Shown here piece by piece: positions 25,101-39,929 of a stretch of DNA of 64,000 nt. The number at the start of each line of letters is the position of its first letter. The stretch's first letter is position 1. Source of the stretch: Utricularia gibba (lineage: Eukaryota; Plantae; Magnoliophyta); the NCBI GenBank assembly GCA_002189035.1, contig CM007989.1, positions 7,626,001 to 7,690,000 of the forward strand, given 5' to 3'. The position numbers were made by a program, and so were the translations under genes. Below the pieces are notes generated by a model, which did not search any database, was not told where the DNA came from, and was given only the letters and a program-made list of their open reading frames with translations.

Positions 25101-26133
25101 ATGGGGGAAGCATCTAGATCAATGAATCTGGAGGAATTGATGGAGTACGAGAAAAAATTGGTTGATTTCTTGAAGGAAGATAACGACATACTTAGCTTCA
25201 AGCATTTCTTCCGGCAATCCGGAGTGTTTCTAACTCAATGCGAAAAAGATTTCAACCAAACTCAAAGGTCGATTGAAGGTTAGTAGTTTTAGCATTTCTT
25301 AAGATTCTAGGTAGTTTCAGGTAAACTCCATCTACTGTCACTCTAGGAGAATGATTTTTCTATAGGAGCGAGATCAAATTCGTGTGCTTGCAACTCTGTC
25401 GGTTCTTTTAGTATTTTTTCTTACCGATAAGTGTCCCAGAGTATGAGAGGAGAATTACTTCATGTGTACGGAGGGTTTTGGCCTTAGAACCTGAGAGTGA
25501 TTCGGATAAAGAACTGGAGATGCTCGAAATGGAGCTGGAGCAAGAGAAACAGTTCGAGAAGACACTCAGAAAAGAGCTTAGATATGTATTGATAGTTTTT
25601 GGGTTATCATCTCTTACCTTATGTCAGCAACTAACTACTTTTTTTGAAACAAACACAGAAACTATCGATGAAAAAGAGGACCTGAAGCGACAAATGGAAT
25701 CCATTGAAGAAAAAAATCGGAATTTGAGGAAGATTGCGAGAGATGAATTGAAACTTGAGTAATGAAAATCTTCTCACAATGTTAATTCGCGTTGCTATCT
25801 TGGGGAGTATTGATGGATGCATTTTCCTTTTGCTTTACAGAAACAAGTTGTCAATGCATGCGTCTGTAACAAAAGTGGTGCCAAACATGAAAGATCCATC
25901 AAAAGTATCAGGCTGTATCCCTTTCCATCTTGATTGCAATTTTTACCGGATGTGCCTATGTTTTTTGAAATTTGCATACTGTTGATCATGTGCATGGATT
26001 TTCCATTTAACTCGAAATCCTAGATATTGTGGATAGGCAAAAGAAGAATGCCAACAAATTCGATGTGGATTTGCAGCAGATATCTTCATATGATTCTTGT
26101 GACCATATATGGAAGTTGATAAACTCTTCTTGA
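25101..26133 (+). CDS. SPC24: Kinetochore NDC80-complex subunit SPC24 homologue (MUN-like), 5 exons
   Basis: MGEASRSMNLEELMEYEKKLVDFL...CEKDFNQTQRSIE, coiled coil, KLSMHASVTKVVPNMKDPSKVSG|YIVDRQKK...SYDSCDHIWKLINSS*, matching plant SPC24 as recalled. Confidence 0.85.
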
Positions 26134-27366
26134 CCGTTGATTAATAATGTGTATGGAGTGTATGGAGTGTATGTAGCATTTTCAGTGTACACTGGATTGT
26201 ATTTGTGTTTGCAGTTCATATGAATTCCGAATATTTTAATGCATTTTTTTTCTTGTTAAATTTGAATGCGTTAGTGGTCTGAACAGGAGCACGGAGCTCT
26301 ACATTCAGGTTTTAGGTTTAATAGATGATCCATTTGAAGTATGTGGTGTTAGCACAATAAATTTAGTTTATAGCACTTTATGGGAAGTGCGTTGTTACAG
26401 AGGCAGCATATCATTAGGTAGAAATTAATATATTCTGAAGCTCCTAAATTTGCAGCACCCCCATTGTCCATTTTTTTCAAGTTGTTACATGTTAATCTGT
26501 GCATCCGGGGCTTGAAGAATTTTCCAACTTGGAAGTTTTGGCATCAAACAGCAGTCGTCTACAAGCAGTGAGTGAGCTACCTCCTTTCTGAAATTTGCAA
26601 ATGTAGCTCATGAAATTCTCACAATCCTGCATAAAACGTACAGGCCTACGCTATGTTGCGGATCTGCCCATGGGTTGGGAGGGAGAAGAGAGCATAAGAT
26701 CTCAAATCTTGAAGAGGGAAGTGGCTGAAAACAGCCCAAGGAACGAACTTGTGTGGCGAATCAAGCGCAGCTGTTTTGACAGCATATTCGTCCTCCACAT
26801 GCAGGTGACTAGAAAAGCAAGCACATTCACAAAATGAGCAAGATGGTATCTTTATCCTTTTGGTTTATTTACCTTGCCTCCAATGTCATTGTTGTAGGAG
26901 CCACCATACGCATTGGATCCAAATCTAGAGACTGGACTGTTAGTTGTCAGCGTTTTGTTTTTTGAAGTTGTGGTGGAACGCAGTTCATTTCATCTGGATC
27001 GTGCTCAAAATGAGACCTGACATATGCTGTCGGAATCTGAGTAGACCTGACATAGATTACGAAGGGCATGAACTGATTTATACGTGTATCGATGTATTAT
27101 ATGGGTAGTTGATTGAAATGATATGGGAGTTAATTAAGAATGATGGAAGCTGACTGATTGTGGTTCTGGTGCGGCAATTGAGTTCAAGGTAGATGAGGTG
27201 TCGAGATTGATGACTAGGACAACACAGCAATGTCGTACGGTACAGGTGGAGGTGGGGAAGCACAAACCAAGACTCCACTGGTAAAGAGTGGATTTTCGCC
27301 AAGCGGGAGTTGGAGAAAGAATGCGACGGGGCGACGGCGGCGGTCATTCTTCGACACACGAACACC

Positions 27367-29138
27367 ATGGGAAATTGCGGTACTAGGGAGGAATCAGCGG
27401 TTGTCGTTACTGCCCATCAAGGTAACCATTTATCAGACCTATTCTCCTAATCGTCTGTCAGATCTGCTTTACTTTTCCGACGACCCCACTGTTTGTTTTC
27501 GATTTCTTCTGGTCGCAGCTCCGGAGTTACCTTCTTTGCCGTCCAGAAACCAGGGTACGGAGAGGAAACACGGTGGCTTGATTTCAGATCTGAGCGAACC
27601 TTCGACGCCCCGTAACGTTGAGGATTTCAATAGAAATTCTATGTTATACACGCATGTCATTGCTTTCACTCTGTTTGAACTAGAAACTATCACTAAGAGT
27701 TTCCGTTCTGATTACATTCTTGGGGAGGGCGGTTTTGGAACCGTCTACAAGGGCTATATTGATGAGAATGTCAGGGTTGGCCTGAAATCCTTGCCTGTTG
27801 CAGTCAAAGTGCTTAATAAAGAAGGCCATCAAGGTCACCGTGAGTGGCTGGTGCGTCTTTTCATCATACTTGAAATCTTCCATGTTGCAGGCTTTCTTTT
27901 CAGTGTCACCACCTGAATATGATTTGTAATTGCTTGCTTCCAGACTGAGGTCAACTTTCTTGGGCAGCTGAGGCATCCTAATTTAGTGAAGTTGATTGGA
28001 TATTGTTGTGAGGATGATCACAGGTTGCTTGTTTATGAGTTCATGTTCCGAGGGAGCCTCGCAAACCATCTGTTTCGCAGTAAGCGCATTGTTTTTTTTT
28101 CCCTTCCAGATAGTGATGCTCTATGGTGGCCTATTCTTGGTCTAATGCTTCAGCGACTTACAGAAACAGCTGCTCCCTTGTCTTGGAAACAAAGGATGAT
28201 GATTGCTCTTGGGCTGCAAAGGGGCTTGCATTCCTTCACAATGCGGAAAAGCCTGTTATATACCGTGATTTCAAAACCTCTAATATTCTGCTGGACTCGG
28301 TTAGTTCATCAGATGGAATCTTTAAGTTTCTGTTCGTTCCAGGGAAATGGGTCTTGCTGTGTGTTTCATTGTGCATCTGCATTGTTTCCGAGGAAAACTG
28401 TTAAAAAGTGCATTCTTACAGGATTATATGGCCAAGTTATCTGATTTTGGGTTAGCAAAAGCTGGACCCCAGGGGGATGAGACGCATGTTTCTACCCGTG
28501 TTATGGGTACCTATGGTTATGCTGCACCAGAATATGTCATGACTGGTACTCACCCTTCTTTGCAGCTTTGATCAAACTTGCCTTCAACGCATCACAATCA
28601 CTTGCAAACAATCTCTACATTTTTATTCCTGCTGTTGATCGTGTTGTTGATACACAGGGCACCTTACTGCTAGGAGTGATGTCTACAGCTTTGGGGTTGT
28701 TCTTTTGGAGCTGCTAACCGGCAGGAAGTCTGTGGACAAGACAAGGCCGAGCAAGGAACAATGGTTGGTCGATTGGGCGAGGCCAAAATTAAACGACAAG
28801 AGAAAGATGCTGCAAATCATAGACCCGAGACTAGAGAATCAGTACTCAGTACGAGCAGCCAGAAAGCAGGTAGCTTGGCATACTACTGCCTCAGCCAAAA
28901 CCCCAAGGCAAGACCCTTGATGAGTGATGTGGTGGAGACTCTGGAGCCTTTACAATGTGATGGCGGTTATGACATCTCATCATCACCCTCATCAGCCCCC
29001 ACTCTCCTATGCAGCAACAGCCCCTTTGTCACAAGAAGGGTTCCTGATTACCGGATGCATCGACAATTGGCCAGCACGGTTGGAGGTGTCGGTCAGAATG
29101 GCTCACCGGGTTTCCACGCTGCTTGCCAAGTTAGATGA
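27367..29138 (+). CDS. PBL8: Receptor-like cytoplasmic kinase VII, PBL8-like; two apparent frameshifts
   Basis: [10 protein letters not shown]-terminus (myristoylation/palmitoylation-type), [75 protein letters not shown], ends in AACQVR*. Confidence 0.92.
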
Positions 29139-29710
29139 GGAACTGGTGGTATTGTATGATGAATGAATGCATCGTGTTCCTATTCCCCGGCCTTCCCTTT
29201 TAGGTGGATGGGGGAATATGGCCCTGGCCTTTGGATTTCTATTGCAAGGAAAACTCCTTGGTTTTTTGTCCATTTGCAGATTTCCACCCTTTCCATGCCT
29301 CTGTGCTCTCTTCTTTCTGGATCACATTCAGAAATATACAGGAAAAATCATAGAATCTAAGAGGGAGATCAGCCAGGCCTCCTGCAACACCCAGCCTGCA
29401 TAAAATTCAAAATGAACAGGTCTATGTGATCCGTTTCCAGTTACCAGTTTCAGGTTCGATATCGAATCAACTCTCTGTGTGAACTTCTAGTTCATGGGCT
29501 GATCACACTAAACTAACATGATAATGCTCCAACAAAACAATGGTAATCTGTCTTCCCGAGACAAGGGAAGACTACAGTGGTTCAGCTATTTTGAAACATC
29601 AAGCCCAAACCAGCACCATCAAATAAGTGTGCGGTACTTCAAAATGAATAAATAATGGTTCTTGTATCCATCACTATTTCATGCTAATACCTGCAAAAGT
29701 TTGGCCTGCA

Positions 29711-32420
<2,710 letters not shown>

Positions 32421-33459
32421 TTTCTGGACCAACCCAAAAAATCTCAAATTTGGAGGCAAGATGCTATTCCGCCCCAAGAAGTCAACATATTTATGCATCC
32501 ATAATTTTTTTAATGATTTTTTTCTCCCTTAAAATCAAGTTTTTAAAATTTCAATTTTACTAATAAATATAATTATTTTTATTAAAATTCTAGTAATCTT
32601 CTCCTTCTTTTCAGTCCTAGTCATCATCAAATCTTTTATGCTAAAATTAAAGGGTTAATATGAGATTATAGCAAATATAATTCAAAATTATCATTTTTTA
32701 GATTAAATTTATTTTTATACAATTTTTTTAGAAATATAAATCTTAAATTTGCATATAATTAAAAATTAATAAATTCGATTCAAAGTAAATTCATAATTAT
32801 ATTGAATTCATTTTTATAACATTAATCCAACTAGTATTTATTCAATTTTTCATATTTTTATACTTTTTTTGAAAACATAAATGATTCTTATTTAATGAGA
32901 ATGCTTTGTAGATTATCTCATGTGAAGAATATGCTGAGATGCCAAGACAACCATCCTAGCCTAGTCTCATCAATGATGTAATAGATTTGGGAAAGTTTGG
33001 TGGGAATATGGGAATAATTTTTTTGTCATGAAGTTTCCTTATTACTAACTACATATGATTATAGAATTATTAATGTACACTAAACTCTAAATCCTAAATC
33101 TTATTATTATATGCATGTACGATATCATTAGTTTTGATCACAAATCTTTTATGATTTTACGTTTTATCAATCATTTTTCTAATGGTTACTCATCCTAAAA
33201 GTTTTTTGAATTAACAATACTTAATTTTAATATTCCTATCAATAAAATCTCATATTCAAAAGATTTATATGATTATTTTATTTAATCTCTTCATCTACTT
33301 TATACTTGATTTCTTTATCTCCCCATCACTTCCTTGGGCTTGTGATTTGTATATGGCAAATGCAAGTTATGAGATTAAGTATGCAAGGAGCATGTGGTGA
33401 TGATACAAATACTTTCTTACAAGAGGATGAATACACCATGAGGATTGTCTACAGGCACA

Positions 33460-36321
33460 TCAAGCTAGTAATCTAGCAAGCTCATCAACCCTCAGGCTTC
33501 CATGGGGAGTTGCACCAAGGTGTTCAGCTTGAACGAATTCCAGTCTTCGAGTTTTTGAAGTCTTCCTTCTGCTATCTCGCTTCCCAGAAAGTGTGATTGC
33601 TCCTGTGCTTGCAATTGTCTCAGGTTGTTTTGGTTCTGAATCACCTGAATCTTGTACCTTGTTTTTCTGGGAGCTGTTGTTCTTGGGTTGCATCTCAAAG
33701 ATGGGACCGGGTGGCGCAGTTTTGTCGAATGCAACTGCTTCTTTTAAGATGAAATCAGCATCCAGTCTATGATTCTGGAAAACAATTGCCATCCCATTTT
33801 CTATTGCTTGCTTCCTGAGCAGTAAAATCTCATCAACACACCGGTTACTAACAAGGGATTCAGCTTTCACTGGGGATGGGGAGTGTGCCAAAATTTCTTG
33901 GAATTCAGAATCTGCTAATCTTGCAACAGAGTCTTCTGAGAAAGCTATTTTGCTTTCTGTGGTTTCATCTGTGGCATCATGTGGTGGCACCATAGACCCC
34001 CTGGATCCGTTTATTCTCTCGTCGGCCAACATCGAAGAAATTGTTTCATCACCCACAACTGCGGTTTCAAGATCAACCAATTCACTGTCCAGTAGAGATT
34101 CCTCATGGTCAGTCTCTTGCAAATCTGAGAGAGTCACCACTGGTGACATTTCAGGAGCTGTTGAATGGGTTTCTTTATGTGAGGAGTCATCAGGAGAAGA
34201 TGCTGTTTCTATAGCATTGGAGTTCATTCCTAAAGAATCCCTCGTACATACGATGATTCATTGGGATATGACTTTGTTCCTAAAGAATCGGCGGCCACCA
34301 CTGGAGATGATGATGTTGTGGAAGCCAAAGAATCAAGTTTTGCTTGGGATGATTCATTTCGAGTCGGACTATGTTCAATGGAGGACTTCCACTCTCTCCC
34401 CCTCCACATTAGAATGTGTTCCCGTTCAAAGGAAATTAATACACAAGGGACAAGATCCTGCAGCAGAAGAAGTATTATCAGCGAGAGGAAGAAAATATGC
34501 TTGAAACAGATGGCACCAGTCTCAACCGATATACCTGGAGTTTAGCACCTATTTTCTTGAAGTCTGAGGGATTCAACCCTTCACAGTTGATTCGAACCAG
34601 TTCGCAGGCCTCAAACGCCTCACGAACATGCCTCACAAGGTTAGAATAGAGCCCATTTTTTGCTGCAAGTCACATGAACAAAGATTCATATGTAGTTGAT
34701 CAATGATATGGGAGAAGAGACCATTGCATCACGTACCAAGTTTGCATATTGGTGTAAGTTCACGCCCTTTTGTTCGCATCTCACGTGCTTCATCTAAAGT
34801 TAAACCCTCAGGAACGTGTTTCACCAACCTTGGGTACACTGGAGCAGCCGGCTTCCACAGCATAAGAGGAAAGCGAGGTCGTGTTTTATGGTTATAGTTT
34901 CTTCCCCGGAAAAGGTATATCACCCCACCCCTGTTGAAGATAATCTTGCCTCCAGTCTTTTCCTGCAGAAGCTCATCGTCTCAAACCATTCTACTACAAA
35001 AACTTGCATAAGCTGAAAAGGTGAACAGGATCAACGGATTGAAAAACAGGCAATGAACTGTCTGCCCTTACCAAAGCTATCAAACACCATTGATAAACTG
35101 TTTTCAGAATATAAGAAAAATACGCAGAAAAGCAAGCAGAACATACCGACCTCAAGTTGTTCACAGATGTTGTCCATGTCCACCGTGCATACGCCTATGC
35201 ATTTTATTTTGCAGACCCTTCTACGCTTCCAAAGGGCATGAATATTTTCCAACATGTTATGTGTTAAGCCATCTCTACCTGAGTATAAAACATACGATGA
35301 TCAGCCCCGCAAAGCATGTCTGGGCTTGACACTTTGTGAAGAAAACACGAGTTCATGAACAAAACCAAAATGTAAGCAGATTTCTTTGGAAGAGAAACTG
35401 CTACAATACACTGAATGGAAATACCTTTGTCTTTTCAATGTGGCATCTTGTTAGGATTTCTAGATATTGAACTCGAACTTTGTATCAAAAAAGTGATCTA
35501 TGTAAGAACAAGAACAAAGAGCATACCCATATTCAACTGCCGCCTGGACTTTTTGCAGCTATGGATGAGTTCAAAAATTTCTTCCTTTGTCAATGGCTCA
35601 CCAATTATTTCTTCTCGCGAAATGACATACTTTGGCCCTGAGTCCGGAAGAAAGGGTCCCGGCGCCTGGACTGGCTTCACACCCTTCTTCTGAGGCGGCA
35701 ACTTAAACGAATCTAACTCAGGTAATGCCTTTTTTGCCATAGGCTTCTTCCCCATCCATGGCTTCGGCATTGTTGTGGGACCAAATGGAGACACTAACGG
35801 CTCCCGTAACTTAACAGGCTTCACCTTAGGCGTCTCAGTGTAACTGTACTGATACACGAATGGCGCACCCGGCAATTCGTAAGAAACTCCACTTTCATCT
35901 ATTCGGAAATTGGCTTGAGGGGATGTTTCGTTTTCCTTTCCATGCTCAGTCGGAGGGAGTTTTCGGGATCTCAGAATGGGTCTGAAGGCCGGATGCACAG
36001 GAGAAGAATCTGGAGGCTTGGAGTATTTAGAAGCTTTCCCTGGTATCGACGGCGACGAGGGGCTGACGGCGTGCCAGTGGATTTATGGGTAACGGGGTGA
36101 GGTGGAGCTGGGTTGTAGTTATGGGATATAGCGATGGCGGCGTCGAAGCGTTTCTCAAAGCGGATTCGGTCTTCCAGTTCTTTCTGCGTGCGCTGACGGA
36201 GGTTGAATTTCCTAGCGTTGGCATTGTCCCACCGCGAAAACCGGATTTCGGTGACCGGGCGGTGAGGTTGTGGGCGGAGCTGCAGCGGCGAAAAGAATGG
36301 GAATTGCGTTTCCAGAGCCAT
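33460..36321 (-). CDS. CAF1: CRS2-associated factor 1 (CRM-domain chloroplast group II intron splicing factor); one apparent frameshift
   Basis: [12 protein letters not shown]...[12 protein letters not shown] (CAF1-specific), [69 protein letters not shown] motifs. Confidence 0.9.
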
Positions 36322-36510
36322 CTTCGGTTTTCCGTACCACCCCTCCAATTTAGTGGAAATTGGGTTTGGGTTCTTTTCTTTTTTTTTTTTTAAATTCAGG
36401 AGGTGGTGTATATCATCAACGCAGTTACCTCCTAATCATTACAAGTACGAAAGAGAAGGAGAGCGGCCTGAATCTGCAGCCCACCGTAGGGTTGGCCGAA
36501 GGCAGCGACA

Positions 36511-39460
36511 ATGATGAGGATAATTCCGATGGCGTCTACGATTAAGCCTTCGCTCTCCTCACGGGGATTCGTTGTTCCGTTATCCTTGTATTCCAATACG
36601 TTTCATCTGAATGGTACACTTCTTCGCAGGGGTTTGATTATGCTCCTTTTCTTTCTGGGCGTGGTATTCTTGTTTGAATTTTCTGAATTCTGTTAGAAAA
36701 AAAGATAAAAACTTCAGCTTCTAAAGAAGTCCTGTTGTGTAATCTCGAGGAAGTGATTTGCTGATCCCCTTCTTGCGAATCATTTTGATGCTGCTATGCT
36801 AAGGTTCATTCTCGTTTTGATAAGTCTCTGACGGAGTTCCGTGCTTCGCAAAGTCCTTGAGCTATTTTGAGGATTAGTGGCTTGTTGGTCATTCTGTTTC
36901 TTCTATTTTCTCACCTTTGTGCATTCCTTCTTAATTACTGTTCGGTGATAGAATTTGTGACACACATACAGTAACTACTGTATGATGGCTGCAATCAAAT
37001 GGGGAATATTTTGATGAGTTATCTGAGTGTGATCAGGGTCATTTACGGCTGCAAGAAAGGTGCAACCTTTTGGTCTTCGAACGTTTAAGCAATTCAAAGG
37101 AACAACTGGCTGTACATTAGCTAGCGCTGGTGGTGGCTCAGTGCAGGCAGCTACTACTACGACACAAGAAAATATTTTGGAATGGGTTAAGAAGGACAAC
37201 AGGAGAATGCTGCATGTTGTCTATCGAGTTGGGGACCTGGACAGAACAATAAAGTATGTACATTTAAAGGTGCCACATATTTGGTTTTCTACATAGGACT
37301 ATTACTCATATGTGATTAACTGGCGCAGATTTTACACCGAGTGCCTTGGAATGAAACTGCTCAGGAAGCGTGACATTCCAGAGGAAAGATATACTAATGC
37401 TTTTCTTGGCTATGGATCAGAAGATTCTCACTTCGTAATTGAACTCACCTACAGTAAGTTGTTTTCTAAAGGGGCTTCTTATGCTCAATAAAAATGTGGT
37501 TCATTTACTGTTTGGTCAATGTCCTCACCATCAGCCTTATGATTTCATCTGTTCTTTTCTAGATTATGGAATTGATAAATATGATATTGGATCTGGATTT
37601 GGTCATTTTGGGATCGCAGTAGATGATGTAAGTTGCTAATTTTCTCTTCATTTTGTTGTTCTTATTAAATACAGTGATGGGAATAATGATAGTGAAATGA
37701 AATATTTCTCTTCTGTGTTTCTGATCACCTGAATTGTGCAACATTGGGTATGACTCTATAGCACGCACTTTGAGTTTCTTCTCATCTTTAAAAAACATCG
37801 GTAATGACAATATAAGTTGTATGCAGAATTAGATGAATGGGTTTCTCTGTCTTTCTGATAATCGTTTTCAAAAAAAAAAAATAATAAGCCAGCTTCTTTG
37901 CTTCATTAGTGGCAGGAAACGCATATCTGAATTCAATTATGCAAAAAAGTAATAAATGATCTATCCTTGTGTTGCAATCCGATATATGACTTCAAGTGAC
38001 CGTGGATGCTTCAAAAAAGTGCCAAGGGTCTTGTTATTGGGCCTGCCAAGTACTTGTTTATTATTGATCAAAGAGTCCCTTGTTGCATGCTGAGTCGTAG
38101 CCTAGTGAGGTGTATATTATATATGGTGTCTGTTGCCTAATAAACTGCAAATCTCGGAGTTGTAGAAACATGCAAAGTATTTGAGGGGAAATCCTGTAAT
38201 CTGCTTAGGAGGTAGATGTTGGCATATATTTGCCACTGATACTTTAGTTGTGGTACATTTCTTTCTAAAACAAAACGCCCCTTCTCCTTTCTTCTGTCTT
38301 ACTTTTGTGGCTTCCATTGTTGCTACTGATCGTTCCATTGCATGAAAGGTTGCAAAGACTGTTGATCTCATCAAAGCCAAGGGAGGTAAGGTAACCCGAG
38401 AACCTGGACCTGTCAAAGGTGGAAATACTGTTATTGCATTCATTGAAGACCCTGATGGTTACAAGTTTGAACTTTTGGAACGGAATCCTACTCCGGAGCC
38501 TTTATGTCAAGTAATGCTTCGTGTTGGAAACCTCGATCAATCCATTGAATTTTATGAGAAGGTAATGGCTGCTGAATGAAAGTGAAATTTTCTGCTCTTG
38601 TTTTATCGTGTCCATCCAAGTCCGAAACAAACATTCTTCATTAGGCATATGGCATGGAGCTCTTACGCAAGCGGGACAATCCTGAATACAAGGTAAATAC
38701 TATAGGGTGGAAAGCTTTGTACTCTCTTCTACCTTCTTGTATGACACGATCAAGTCCTGATTTCTGATTAGACTTTTATGATTGTTCAGTATACAATAGC
38801 GATGATGGGCTATGGTGCTGAAGATAAAAATGCTGTAATGGAGTTGACCTACAACTACGGTGTTACCGAGTATGAGAAAGGAAATGCTTATGCTCAGGTT
38901 ACCCTCCTCAACCCAGGATCTTCTCTTCCTTCTGAGTTCTCATTAATCAGTTTGAGGATCTTAAATTCCTGAATTTATTTTTTTTTCTCCAGATTGCAAT
39001 AGGGACAGATGATGTTTATGGTACTGCAGAGGCAATTAGACTATGCGGTGGGAAAATCACAAGGGAACCTGGACCATTGCCCGGCATTAACACCAAGATT
39101 ACGGCATGCCTTGATCCTGATGGTTGGAAGACGGTAATGTCCTCACTTCCAAATAGTTTTTTTCTAGTTGGAATCCAAAGGTGAAAAAATAAGCTGTTGT
39201 GTGTAGTTACATGCCTCTTATGATAGTATCAATGAACTCGCCATGATCTCCTGCTTTTCCTTCAGCAACACACATATGCACTTTGTTTCCCCCTGTGCGA
39301 GTGTGAGCTAACCAGCATTTGTTTGTGCAATCCCTTGTCATGTTGTTCTGCTAAATACAGATGCTGTGAATCTGCCACAGAAATGCCCCTCATGAGAATC
39401 ATCTTTTGGATGTTGCAGGTGTTTGTTGATAATGTGGACTTTCTCAAGGAGCTTGAGTGA
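36511..39460 (+). CDS. GLYI: Lactoylglutathione lyase (two-domain glyoxalase I) with plastid transit peptide
   Basis: [15 protein letters not shown] transit peptide, [18 protein letters not shown]|[46 protein letters not shown], ends in [13 protein letters not shown]. Confidence 0.95.
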
Positions 39461-39929
39461 GAAAAGCAAACCACCTATAGATACACTCTTGCAATAGCCC
39501 TTTCATAGGCCATAGATCGATTCAATCTGCTGTGTTCAGGTTTTGGCCTTGTACATTAGATTTCTTGGCCACAGGAAACAATGATGCTGTCTTCGTATTC
39601 TTTGTTTAAGCAAAAATGCAAGCCTGTTTTCAATGCCAATGTCCAATGTCCAATCCAGAACATTATACAGCAACTCGGTAAAAAAACTGATAGGAAACAA
39701 GCACTTGGACAAGACGTCTCTAACCCTGTAACAGGCTCCAATACGAAGAGAAACAAATGTGTATGAATGATGCTTCTGTAGAATACTGATCTGTATGTTC
39801 CCTTTTGCTATGCTCTTTAGTTAGCAGTCAGATGAGAATTGCAGCAGCAGTAGGAAGAAATTGAAAGGAAAAATGCGACAGCCCCCAAGTGCACCAGCAC
39901 AAGCAGAAATGACCAGGTAACAGCACCTA

